DNA of 58,998 nucleotides from an uncultured Eubacteriales bacterium (GCA_900313815.1 OMST01000008.1:1-58998), one strand, 5' to 3'; positions 10,787 to 20,432 are shown, numbered from the stretch's first letter. A program made the numbers and translations. The notes: generated by a model not told the origin, from the sequence alone.

Positions 10787-10831
10787 ATTACCTCCTAATT
10801 ATATAATTAGAAAGATGTATCTATTACACTA

Positions 10832-10860
10832 CAAAAAAAGAATACTTTTTAAAGTATTCT
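10832..10860 (-). terminator. Rho-independent terminator after pilin-like B
   Basis: agaatact (10839-10846) / agtattct (10853-10860) with a 6-nt loop. The A7 run on plus gives a U-run on the minus transcript. Confidence 0.6.
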
Positions 10861-12061
10861 AATTAGGCATTAAACTTGTTGGTATTTCTATAACTGGGCG
10901 AACTCCAATTACGTAATCATACCAATAGTTACCAGCATTATTAATAATACCACTATACACATTTCCAACATAATCACTTCTACCAGCATTACCAAGCCAA
11001 TAAGACCAATTGCCTTTTACTGTGCTTGATAGTGAACTTGCTTCTTCATATGTTAACAATCTCCCTGTTATATTGTTTGATGCTCCTAAACTCTTTAATC
11101 TATTTACATATCCTTCTACATAATATGCTATAGTATAGCCATTATCATAAGCACCTCTCCATGTACTAGAGGAATTAGTATATATTCCATAACTTGGCGC
11201 TATACTCGACATACTACTATTATATACATATGGATATGGTGATGTATATGCTCCTGTTTTACCTGCTGCATTTGCTGAGTTTGCATATTCACTCTTTAAA
11301 CCTGCTGTTCCTGAGCAGATATCTCCATTTGAAGTACCATTCCACACACAATTAGCATTATCCCAGTATCCCTTCCCTGAAAATGCTACAACTGCTGTTC
11401 TATCAGTAGAAGAGCCATATTCACCTTTTGCTCTTTCACTTTGTAAACCATATCCTGGATCACTTGAACTTAATGTCGTAAAAGTCCAAGTTCCATCTAT
11501 TCTTTCAAATACATCTCCTACTAATAAATTATATTTTGCTAGTAAAACTGTATTAGTTGAATTACTACTAACAACATAGAAGTGTTCACTTCCCATTGAT
11601 ACTTCATCTCCTGCAGTAATTTGTCCTGCATTTTGCCTATTTACATATTGTATTGTTAATGCATTTGCCGGCATACAGCTAGGAGTGTATCCACTTTCAG
11701 CATCTTCTATATCCCCACTCTTCGTTTCTTCAACACTGCCATTACTTTCATATTTATAACTTCCATTTGTTGCTTTAAAATCTATTACTTCTCCATCGGC
11801 ATTTACTGTAATACAATAGTCAAAGTCAGATTTGTTTGATACTCGTAAAGGATTAGAATTATTATCATATGTTGTTGGCTCTCCATCTAATACATACTGA
11901 TATCTTGCAGCTTTTATGATTGTATTAAGTTCATTATTAAATGTACTTTTTCTTGATTTGTTAAATGTTTTTAATACTGCAGGTACCGCCATTATTATAA
12001 GAATAGCTAATATAGCTATTACTGCTAATAACTCTATTAATGTAAATCCATTTCTTTTCAT
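10859..12061 (-). CDS. Prepilin-type N-terminal domain protein with a large C-terminal domain (pilin-like B)
   Basis: Start reassigned to MKRNG|FTLIELLAVIAILAILIIMAVP at 12061 (RBS GGTGAT); 400 aa. C-terminus ends WSYWLGNAG...VIGVRPVIEI. The first ~55 aa are paralogous to the 27398-29188 product. Confidence 0.8.
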   Translation of the reverse strand: MKRNGFTLIELLAVIAILAILIIMAVPAVLKTFNKSRKSTFNNELNTIIKAARYQYVLDGEPTTYDNNSNPLRVSNKSDFDYCITVNADGEVIDFKATNGSYKYESNGSVEETKSGDIEDAESGYTPSCMPANALTIQYVNRQNAGQITAGDEVSMGSEHFYVVSSNSTNTVLLAKYNLLVGDVFERIDGTWTFTTLSSSDPGYGLQSERAKGEYGSSTDRTAVVAFSGKGYWDNANCVWNGTSNGDICSGTAGLKSEYANSANAAGKTGAYTSPYPYVYNSSMSSIAPSYGIYTNSSSTWRGAYDNGYTIAYYVEGYVNRLKSLGASNNITGRLLTYEEASSLSSTVKGNWSYWLGNAGRSDYVGNVYSGIINNAGNYWYDYVIGVRPVIEIPTSLMPN

Positions 12062-12113
12062 ATTATCACCTATATTTATTATATCATTTCTATGGCATAA
12101 AAAAAGGAAATTA

Positions 12114-12470
12114 TTAATTTCCTTTACATTGATCAGCTTCAGCAGATCTATCTTTGTTCCAGAATGGACCAAATTCAATTGCTTGATAACAATTTCTATT
12201 ATATTGATATACTTTATATCCTGCTCCTAAACACCATTTAACATTACCGTCATTATGTTTAATAGTGCCCTTTTTAATACAGAATGTTGGATCAGTATTT
12301 TTACTTACATGGTAATAATCAAATAATACTACTCCCATCCAAACAAATAATACTATCCATAGAATAACATTCATTATTCTTTGAAATAATGATTTTTCAT
12401 TCTTATCCTTTTTTTCTAATTTCTTTTTAGATATTTTTTCATCTAGAAAGTCTTCGGTTTCTTTTTCCAT
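12114..12470 (-). CDS. Hypothetical N-terminally membrane-anchored, Cys-containing protein
   Basis: 118 aa. Charged N-terminus, one TM (VILWIVLFVWMGVVLF), then a 4-Cys ectodomain. Strong GGAGG RBS. Overlaps the upstream gene end by 28 nt. Confidence 0.5.
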   Translation of the reverse strand: MEKETEDFLDEKISKKKLEKKDKNEKSLFQRIMNVILWIVLFVWMGVVLFDYYHVSKNTDPTFCIKKGTIKHNDGNVKWCLGAGYKVYQYNRNCYQAIEFGPFWNKDRSAEADQCKGN

Positions 12471-12931
12471 TTTATACCTCCTCTTAATACTATGTTATTA
12501 TCCATTAAATTTTGAATTAAATCTTCAGGTATTTTTTGTCTAGTTACAACTCTGCTTATATATGAATATAAGAGTCTTAATCTAACTTTATCAACATCAG
12601 TCATATTTACAAACTTTAATCTTAATTGATATCCATTATCTAAATCTAATTGTAATTCTACAACAGATGATCTAAATAGGATACACAAGGAAGAAACTCT
12701 ATTATATGGTATTGTATAGATTTTTTTATAAGGCCTAATAGATAATCTATTATCAAATAATACCATTTTTTCAGTAGTAAACATTCCATGATCTCTAAAA
12801 GTTTTATATGTAGCTAGAATTCTTTCATCTTCATATGCATAATCAGTTATATAATAAGCCAATTCATCATTTTTAATATATCTTGAAAAATTGAAAAATT
12901 TTGTTAACTCTTTATACTTTATATATGCCAT
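12443..12931 (-). CDS. Hypothetical protein, possibly a bacterial PH-domain (YokE-like) protein
   Basis: 162 aa with RBS GGTGG. The pattern ...ERILATYKTFRDHGMFTTEKMVLFDN...IPYNRVSS recalls bPH-type domains from memory only. Confidence 0.35.
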   Translation of the reverse strand: MAYIKYKELTKFFNFSRYIKNDELAYYITDYAYEDERILATYKTFRDHGMFTTEKMVLFDNRLSIRPYKKIYTIPYNRVSSLCILFRSSVVELQLDLDNGYQLRLKFVNMTDVDKVRLRLLYSYISRVVTRQKIPEDLIQNLMDNNIVLRGGIKWKKKPKTF

Positions 12932-12962
12932 ATGTAACCACCAATTTAATTATACACATAAT

Positions 12963-12995
12963 TTTAAAAAAAGTAAATAACTATAAGCTATCTAC
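12963..12995 (-). terminator. Rho-independent terminator after the giant adhesin gene
   Basis: 10-bp stem (12973-12982 / 12986-12995) that is complete only on the minus strand, where it uses two G-U pairs. U7 follows. Confidence 0.55.
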
Positions 12996-13005
12996 TTTTT
13001 TTCAA

Positions 13006-16000
13006 TTATTTTTCTTCTTGAACTACTTCAGTAGATACTTCTTCTTTAGTAGCAGGAATTTCTTCCTCTTTATTAACTACAGGTTTTTCTTCTTCATCTT
13101 CAGAAATGATTGCTTCTATAGAAACTAAATCGCCAACTGGTAAAATTTCTTGAGGAAGTTCTTCTACTGTTTCATTAGTTACTTCTTCATTATTTTCAGT
13201 TTCTTCTATAATTTCTGTTTCAGAAGTAGTAGTTTCATTAACTACTTCTTCTGATTCAGTTGTTTTTTCTTTAGTTTCTTCAGTATTTTCTACTGGAGTT
13301 GTATTTTCATCTATAACATCTTCATTATTTACTACTTCATCAGTAGTATCTGTTTCAGTTGCATCTTCTTGTTCTATTTCAGGTAATACTTGTCCTTCAA
13401 CTAAACCTTCATATGAAGGCCCATATAGAGCTCCAAATTTTCTAGTTGCTGCTCTATTCATTGTACCTCTACCTGAGTTTCCATAGAATGATACATAAAT
13501 TGTATCAGCAGGATCAAACTTAGTAGCATCTATATCATACTTGCCATCTTCATCTTGAATTAAATATCTAGCAGTCATAGCAGCACTAATGCTTGTATAT
13601 TCAATTGTTCTTTCACTTGCTGTATTCCTGTTAACAATGATAGTTAACTTATGATCAGCATCAACTCTTAAATCTGTTCCTATTTCAGCAACACCTTCAT
13701 GAGTTTGTTTTGGATTAGGGTCTGGTGCAGCTTCAATACTAATTCTTTTGAATTCTGCTTCTAATCCTTCAGCACCAGTAGTAATTACTCTACTAGAATC
13801 TCCAGCAATTGAATTTAAGATAGCTTGAGCTCCTGATGCTCCATTACCTAATGCAACGGCATAAACAATTGTTTCTTTACCATCAGCATGTAATGCAGCA
13901 ATAGCAGCATTTCTTCTATCAACGTCATCTAAATCATCTGGTGCACCATCTGTTAAGAATACAACTACATTTTTATTATCTGGATTAGTTGATGCTAAAC
14001 CTGTTCCTTCAGTATATAGAACTTTATTAACTTCTTCAAGAGCAACATAGTATGGAGTACCACTTGGTTCTTCTATAGTAATTCCATTAACACTGTTAAT
14101 TAATGATTGTCTATTAGCATAACTTGTTAGTGTTGTACCAACTTGTTCAGCAAATGGTGTATTTACATCACAATATCTACCATATAATAAACTATAATGG
14201 CAACTACTTCCCTTAGATCCATATTTCAATACTACAACATTTGTATGAGTAGCATCAATATCACTGTTAGGGAATACATTCTTAATGAATGATTCTGTTG
14301 CTTCTTGAGCATATTTTAATAATGTTTTTCTATTTACTTTACCTAACATACTACCAGATGCATCAAGAGCTATAACAACGTTAGTTCCAACATATTGTTC
14401 TGTAATCTTATTGAAACTTAATGTCTTTTCAACTGTTATTGCATTTGTACTTTCTGTTGTAAATGAACCATCATTTACTTGAGATTCAACTTTACTATTA
14501 ATAGTATCACCAGCATTAGCTTTAACACGTACTACTAATGTGATAACCATTTCTTCATTAGGTTGCATATTATCAATTACAATTCCATTAGTACTTAATA
14601 TATCTAATGCATTGTAATCAGTTGATGTTTCACCATTTACTTTTACACTAGTTGAATCAATACTAATTAATGGATCTCCAGTAGTTGGATTTAATGCCTT
14701 AGCTAATTCTGAATCTTTTACAACTACCTTTCCACTTCCATCTCCAACATTCTTTGCAGTTACTGTAATAGTAATTACATCATTATATTCTGCTGGATCT
14801 CTTGGAGAATCTACATCAACGTTGATACTTAATTCAACGCTTGTAGTCTTATAGTAGATATTTAATACATTAGCACTAACATCTTCACCAATTGTAATAG
14901 ATGTTGGGTTAGTTTTTTCCATATCTACTTTCATATTTTCAGGTATAGTATAATCACTATAACTAATTACAGTTCCAAAATCAGCTTTTTGATCAGTAAT
15001 TGAATTATTTAATTCATCATCATAATAGAAGTTAACAGTATATGATAATGATTTCTTACTATACTCTACTTCTGTAGTTACATTTGCTGTAATAGTACCA
15101 CTTACTGTTTCTGGACTAGCATTATATCCAGTAATAGTTGGACTAGTTACATTATATGCACTACCTTTAACTAGTACTTCTGTATGAGCTGGAGCAGCTT
15201 CTGTTCCATCAGCATATTTATAAGTAATAGTTAGTGTATATTTATTAGTATAATTTGCAGTTAATGTATCACTCTTAGTTACAAAGTAATCATTTGTAGG
15301 ATTTACAATAGCATTACTTGTATCTTTCCATGAAACAAATTCACCAATTTCAGTTTCAGTAGTATAATTTCCGCCTGTTGGAATTACTACGTGAAGTCCA
15401 GCTTCATTCCAAATTGCATTATATGTTGCAGGTCCAGTTACTGTTACAGTACCAGCTTGAACTTTTGTACAAGTTTCAGGATCTGTACTATTTAAGCAAT
15501 ATCCTTGGAATTCTGCACTAGCAGGAATACTTCCTACTTGAGGATTTACTGCTGAATTCTCAGAGAATGTTAAAGTATAACTTCTTGATAATTCATTTAA
15601 TGTAATTGTGTCTCCATATGGATGATCTTCAATAATAGTTGTACATGATGTATTATCTGTATCTTCACATTGAGGATCAATTGTTATTGTATAAGTATCT
15701 CTCTTATAGAATAATTTTAATACTACATTTGAACCTGCTGTTAAAACTTCTGATTTATGAGTTCCTTCAACAGTTTCATCAACTGTGAATCCTTCATATT
15801 CTTTTGGAGTAGCTGTTACTGTTTGATCTGTAACTCCATCAGTTTTATTTTCAGTTTCAGTTGGTTCAGTTGGATAACTTCCATCTAAATTTTGTTGATA
15901 GTGTTCTACTGTATATGGCATTGTTGTTGAAGCAGTATATGTAACTGTTTCTGTTACATCTTCAAGACCCATTGTTCCACTTACAGTTGTTTTGCTTGCA

Positions 16001-18150
16001 CTATATCCAGCTACTGCTGGTGTAGTATAACTATATGATTGTTCATATCTATATGAATCAGGTCCTACAGTTACAGCTGGATGTTCATTATTTGCATATA
16101 TATAAGTTACTGTTACTGTGTGAGTATCTCTCTTATAATATACTTTTAATATTAAATTACCGTCTGCTGTTACTGTATCGCTTAAGTGATTTAATTGATT
16201 TTCTGCATCATAAGTGAATCCTTCATATTCTTTTGGAGTAGCTGTTACTGTTTGATCAGTTACACCATCAGTTTTATTTTCAGTTTCACTTGCTGTATCT
16301 GGATAACTTCCATCTACATTTTGTTTATAATGTTCAATCTTATATGAAATATCTGAAGAAGCAGTATATGTAACTGTTTCTGTTACATCTTCTGTTCCCA
16401 TTGTTCCACTTACAGTTGTTTTGTTTACACTATATCCAGCTACTTCTGGTGTAGTATAACTATATGATTCTTCATATCTATATGAATCTGGTCCTACTAC
16501 TGTATCTGGATGTTCATTATTTGCATAATGATATGTTACTGTTACAGTATGAACATCTCTCTTATAGTATACTTTTAATACTATATTACTTGTTCCATCT
16601 ATTGTATCAGTTAAGTGATTTAATTGATTTTCTGTATCTTGTGTGAATCCTGTATATTCTTTTGGAGTAGCTGTTACTGTTTGATCTGTAACTCCATCAG
16701 TTTTATTTTCAGTTTCACTTGCTGTATCTGGATATGTTCCATCTACATTTTGTTTATAATGTTCTACTGTATATGGCATATCAGTATTAGCAACATAAGT
16801 AACACTTAATGTTAACGCTTCAGCTGGCATTGTACCAGTTACAGTAGCATCTTGTGCATGATATCCAGCTTTATTGGCTTCTGGACTAGTTACATTATAA
16901 GTAGTTCCATTTGCTACTTCATCTGTATAAGTTGTAGCTGCTTCGCTACCATCTTCATAAACATAGTTAATAGTTAATGTATATTTTCTAGCAGTTCCAT
17001 TATCATATTTAGCAACTAATTCTTTATCACCTGTTAAAGTAATCTTAGAATTTGCTTCTACTTGTTTACTTCCATCTAACCAATATAAGAAAGTAAAGTC
17101 AGTAGTTGTTGTTTGATAATTGTGTCCTTCTGCTACATCAACTGTTAATGCTGTTTCATTCCATTGTGCATAGTAAGTTACATTGTCTTTAACTTCTACT
17201 ACTGTTCCTGCAGTTATTACATCACTACAAGTTCTAGCATTAATGCAATATCCTTGGAATTCTGCACTAGCTTCTTGAGGTTGATTTGGTTTTTCAACTT
17301 CTTCTGCTTCTTTATAACTTAAAGTGTATTTTCTCTCAAGTCCTTCTAATGTGATTTCATCTCCATATTCATGTTTTTCTTCTTTAATGTCATCACACTT
17401 TTCGCCTGTACAATTTGGATCGATTGTTACTGTATAATTACTTACAGCATAATATACCTTTAATACTAGGCTTCCATCTGAAGCAATAGCACCTGATAAA
17501 ACATTTTGTGTATTTGTTTCATCATATGTGTATCCTTCAATAGTAATTATTTCTGCACTTGCATTTGAGTTAACTGTTCCAGTTAAATTTTTTGTTGTAT
17601 ATAATGTAGCAACATCATCTTTAACTGTATAGTATTCTACTTTATATGCTGCTGCATTAGCATTATATATAGCATCTACTCTTACATCTGCAGAAACGTT
17701 TGTATACTTTCCACTCCATCTTACAAAAGTATACCCTTCATGTGTTGGTGCAGTTGGTGCACTTGCATCTTCACCACCACGTACCGTTTGAGTATCAATT
17801 ACTCTTCTTGCGATGGTATCATAGAATCTAACTGTATAATAATTAACAGCACATCCAGAATAAACAGTTAAATTTGTAGTGATATTAGTAAAATCATCGA
17901 TTCTAACATCATTTTCTGTATACCATCCTGAAAATTTACAATTATCATGAACAGGTGATTCAGGTACTTCAGCATTTTTACCAACTTCAATAGTTTGTGT
18001 ACTGATTACTTGCTTAGTGTACCCATCTATAAACTTTACTTCTCTTGTATTAACTCTTCTAACACCACCAGGTTGGGATGCGAAAGTCATCATGAAAAAC
18101 AAAAGTATTATAAATGCGATAAATATAAATAATCTTTTTTTGTTAAACAT
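13006..18150 (-). CDS. Giant secreted repeat protein with vWA domain (adhesin-like)
   Basis: Start reassigned to MFNKKRLFIFIAFIILLFFMMTFASQP at 18150 (RBS GGGAG, signal peptide); 1714 aa. Contains GYTFxxW-type Listeria-Bacteroides-like repeats, three 143-aa tandem repeats and a vWA MIDAS motif ALDASGS (14351-14370) with FLTDGAPDD. The tail is acidic and E/T-rich. No LPXTG or C-terminal TM. Confidence 0.8.
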   Translation of the reverse strand: MFNKKRLFIFIAFIILLFFMMTFASQPGGVRRVNTREVKFIDGYTKQVISTQTIEVGKNAEVPESPVHDNCKFSGWYTENDVRIDDFTNITTNLTVYSGCAVNYYTVRFYDTIARRVIDTQTVRGGEDASAPTAPTHEGYTFVRWSGKYTNVSADVRVDAIYNANAAAYKVEYYTVKDDVATLYTTKNLTGTVNSNASAEIITIEGYTYDETNTQNVLSGAIASDGSLVLKVYYAVSNYTVTIDPNCTGEKCDDIKEEKHEYGDEITLEGLERKYTLSYKEAEEVEKPNQPQEASAEFQGYCINARTCSDVITAGTVVEVKDNVTYYAQWNETALTVDVAEGHNYQTTTTDFTFLYWLDGSKQVEANSKITLTGDKELVAKYDNGTARKYTLTINYVYEDGSEAATTYTDEVANGTTYNVTSPEANKAGYHAQDATVTGTMPAEALTLSVTYVANTDMPYTVEHYKQNVDGTYPDTASETENKTDGVTDQTVTATPKEYTGFTQDTENQLNHLTDTIDGTSNIVLKVYYKRDVHTVTVTYHYANNEHPDTVVGPDSYRYEESYSYTTPEVAGYSVNKTTVSGTMGTEDVTETVTYTASSDISYKIEHYKQNVDGSYPDTASETENKTDGVTDQTVTATPKEYEGFTYDAENQLNHLSDTVTADGNLILKVYYKRDTHTVTVTYIYANNEHPAVTVGPDSYRYEQSYSYTTPAVAGYSASKTTVSGTMGLEDVTETVTYTASTTMPYTVEHYQQNLDGSYPTEPTETENKTDGVTDQTVTATPKEYEGFTVDETVEGTHKSEVLTAGSNVVLKLFYKRDTYTITIDPQCEDTDNTSCTTIIEDHPYGDTITLNELSRSYTLTFSENSAVNPQVGSIPASAEFQGYCLNSTDPETCTKVQAGTVTVTGPATYNAIWNEAGLHVVIPTGGNYTTETEIGEFVSWKDTSNAIVNPTNDYFVTKSDTLTANYTNKYTLTITYKYADGTEAAPAHTEVLVKGSAYNVTSPTITGYNASPETVSGTITANVTTEVEYSKKSLSYTVNFYYDDELNNSITDQKADFGTVISYSDYTIPENMKVDMEKTNPTSITIGEDVSANVLNIYYKTTSVELSINVDVDSPRDPAEYNDVITITVTAKNVGDGSGKVVVKDSELAKALNPTTGDPLISIDSTSVKVNGETSTDYNALDILSTNGIVIDNMQPNEEMVITLVVRVKANAGDTINSKVESQVNDGSFTTESTNAITVEKTLSFNKITEQYVGTNVVIALDASGSMLGKVNRKTLLKYAQEATESFIKNVFPNSDIDATHTNVVVLKYGSKGSSCHYSLLYGRYCDVNTPFAEQVGTTLTSYANRQSLINSVNGITIEEPSGTPYYVALEEVNKVLYTEGTGLASTNPDNKNVVVFLTDGAPDDLDDVDRRNAAIAALHADGKETIVYAVALGNGASGAQAILNSIAGDSSRVITTGAEGLEAEFKRISIEAAPDPNPKQTHEGVAEIGTDLRVDADHKLTIIVNRNTASERTIEYTSISAAMTARYLIQDEDGKYDIDATKFDPADTIYVSFYGNSGRGTMNRAATRKFGALYGPSYEGLVEGQVLPEIEQEDATETDTTDEVVNNEDVIDENTTPVENTEETKEKTTESEEVVNETTTSETEIIEETENNEEVTNETVEELPQEILPVGDLVSIEAIISEDEEEKPVVNKEEEIPATKEEVSTEVVQEEK
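15700..16795. repeat. Tandem 429-bp (143-aa) repeats inside the adhesin gene, about 2.6 copies
   Basis: cttttggagtagctgttactgtttgatc recurs at 15801, 16230 and 16659. The shadow ORFs 16035-16217 and 16464-16646 are near-identical paralogues, also 429 nt apart. Confidence 0.9.
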
Positions 18151-18205
18151 ATTTCTACAACTCCCTTCATACGAAAAATTGCCCACCTCGCAATTTACAA
18201 CTCGT

Positions 18206-18234
18206 ATTATATTATAATTTATTAAAAAAAGCAA
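18206..18234 (-). promoter_or_regulatory. Candidate sigma-A promoter of the adhesin gene
   Basis: Minus strand reads TTGCTT-17 nt-TATAAT about 55 nt upstream of the ATG. Such matches are common in DNA this AT-rich. Confidence 0.3.
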
Positions 18235-18265
18235 GAATAATTCATCTTTTCTTACTTTTATTTTC

Positions 18266-18820
18266 CTATCTTAATTTTTTAAATTCTGATAGTGGCCAAA
18301 CTTTAAATATTAGCTTTCCATCTATCTGTTTTTTATCTATCAAACCTATCTCAGGATCCCTACTATCTTGTGAACCAGGTCTATTATCACCGAGAACTAG
18401 GTATTTACCTTCTGGTATTTTGTTATCTGGGCATTTTTCTTTGTCACATATGTCTACAAACATAAAATTATTTGTTTCTTTTCCATCAACAAATGTTTCA
18501 TCATATGCTTCTCCATTAATATATAAATAACCATTTAGATAATCAATAGTTTCACCAGGTAATCCTATAACTCGTTTAACATATCTTTTTTTCTCAGCAT
18601 CTTTAAATGTTATAATATCATTTCTTTTAGGTGAAGATATTAAATATGCGAATTTTAATGACACAGCCATATTTCCATCAGAAAGAGTTGGACTCATTGA
18701 ATTACCTGCAACAGGAACAACTGCCACTACAAATGTAAAAATAAATGCAATAACGGCAAATATTACTATATATGCAAATGTATCTTTTATGAATTCGGTT
18801 ACTTCTCTAAAATCTGGCAT
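18266..18820 (-). CDS. lepB: Signal peptidase I
   Basis: 184 aa. N-terminal TM, catalytic Ser box GNSMSPTL, KRVIGLPGE box and GDNRPGSQDSR box. Confidence 0.9.
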   Translation of the reverse strand: MPDFREVTEFIKDTFAYIVIFAVIAFIFTFVVAVVPVAGNSMSPTLSDGNMAVSLKFAYLISSPKRNDIITFKDAEKKRYVKRVIGLPGETIDYLNGYLYINGEAYDETFVDGKETNNFMFVDICDKEKCPDNKIPEGKYLVLGDNRPGSQDSRDPEIGLIDKKQIDGKLIFKVWPLSEFKKLR

Positions 18821-18868
18821 ATGATTGCTCCTTTACTACTCAAAAAGTATAACATAAAAAATAGTCTT

Positions 18869-20344
18869 TTACAAGACTATCGCTATTAAGTTATTGCTTC
18901 CTTTGTTAACCATTTTAGTTATTGTTTGAGACAATTTATATTTAGCAGAATCAGGTAATAGAGATAATTTACCTTGTATACCTTCTTGTACTATTTCATT
19001 TAAACTTCTGCCAAATATTTCACTTTCCCATATTTTTTCAGGATTATCTTTGTCTTTCATTATGTATTCTATTAATTCCTTACTTTGTAATTCACTTCCT
19101 ATAATAGGCTCAAAACTACTTTCAACATCCACTTTAATCATATGTATACTAGATGCTTTAGCTTTTAATTTAATTCCAAATCTATTACCTGCTTTAATAA
19201 TTTCAGGTTTATCTAACTTCATATCTGTTATTCTTGGTAATACAATACCATATCCAGTTTGATAAACTTGTTTTAAAGCCCCTTTTATATTCTCATATTC
19301 TCCTCTACCTTCACTAACATTTAAGAATATTTTTAATAAATCGCCTTTTGAATTAACTGATTCACCTACTACTTCTTTTAATAAATCATTAAATAATTTA
19401 TCTTCGGCATCTAATGTAACTGTTACTTCTGAATTATCAGTATCTAATGAAGAAATATATGCTTTAGATATTACATTAGAGTCTTCTAAATTTAAATTAA
19501 TATTTTCTACATCTCTTAATTTATCCACATTAACAATAGAAGATTTCATTTTATTAAAGAATTCAACTTTAATTGGATGATCATTATTAAGTACCCCTAC
19601 CCAATCTGGTATCTGAAATTCTATATGATCAATTGGAAATTCATATAATGCTTCTTTTAATATATTAGTCATATCTATATCTGTCATATCTTCTACACTT
19701 ATAGGTAATACAGGTACATTATATTTTTCTTTAAGACCATTTGCTATTTTCAATGTATCCTCTTGTTTAGGATGAACACTATTTAATATAACAATAAATG
19801 GTTTATTAATATTCTTAAGTTCATTAATAACTTTATCTTCTGCGGATATATAATTATTTCTAGATAAATCTCCTATACTCCCATCAGTAGTAACTACTAT
19901 TCCAATAGTGGCATGATCTTTAATAACTTTTTCAGTTCCAATCTCTGCTGCTTCTACAAAAGGTAATTCTTCTGTAAACCATGGCGTTTTAACCATTCTA
20001 GGATTTCCAAGTTCATCTTGATAACCCAACGCTTCAGGTGTAATAAAACCAACACAATCTACTAATTTAATATTTGTTTTTAAACCATTAATATTTATAT
20101 TTGCTCCACTACTAGGCACAAATTTAGGTTCAATAGTCATAATAGTTTTTCCAGCAGCAGATTGAGGTATCTCATCAATACATCTTTTCTTTTCATTTTC
20201 GTCTTCAATATATGGTAAAACTAATGTCTCAATACATTTTTTAATAAATGTACTTTTACCAGTTCTAACTGCACCTACTACGCCTAAATATATTTCTCCA
20301 CCAGATTTTTTATCCAAGCTCTTAATTATTTCATTTTTATCCAT
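18869..20344 (-). CDS. spoIVA: Stage IV sporulation protein A
   Basis: 491 aa. N-terminal Walker A GVVGAVRTGKSTFIKK. Length and overall pattern are typical of SpoIVA. Confidence 0.85.
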   Translation of the reverse strand: MDKNEIIKSLDKKSGGEIYLGVVGAVRTGKSTFIKKCIETLVLPYIEDENEKKRCIDEIPQSAAGKTIMTIEPKFVPSSGANININGLKTNIKLVDCVGFITPEALGYQDELGNPRMVKTPWFTEELPFVEAAEIGTEKVIKDHATIGIVVTTDGSIGDLSRNNYISAEDKVINELKNINKPFIVILNSVHPKQEDTLKIANGLKEKYNVPVLPISVEDMTDIDMTNILKEALYEFPIDHIEFQIPDWVGVLNNDHPIKVEFFNKMKSSIVNVDKLRDVENINLNLEDSNVISKAYISSLDTDNSEVTVTLDAEDKLFNDLLKEVVGESVNSKGDLLKIFLNVSEGRGEYENIKGALKQVYQTGYGIVLPRITDMKLDKPEIIKAGNRFGIKLKAKASSIHMIKVDVESSFEPIIGSELQSKELIEYIMKDKDNPEKIWESEIFGRSLNEIVQEGIQGKLSLLPDSAKYKLSQTITKMVNKGSNNLIAIVL

Positions 20345-20432
20345 AAAAACCCTCTTTCTAGCATTTAGTAATATTTATGTAATAAGATTATTTTTATGAC
20401 AAAAAAGAAACATTAAATAATGTTTCTAGAAT

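Noticed and set aside
15700-16795. Regularly spaced repeats as a CRISPR array
   Set aside because: The period is 429 nt, the units are contiguous without unique spacers, and they lie in frame inside a long coding sequence.
16035-16809. Plus-strand ORFs 16035-16217, 16464-16646 and 16624-16809, which look like a small paralogous gene family
   Set aside because: They are antisense shadows of the 429-bp tandem repeats in the adhesin gene. Their similarity only reflects the repeat on the coding strand.
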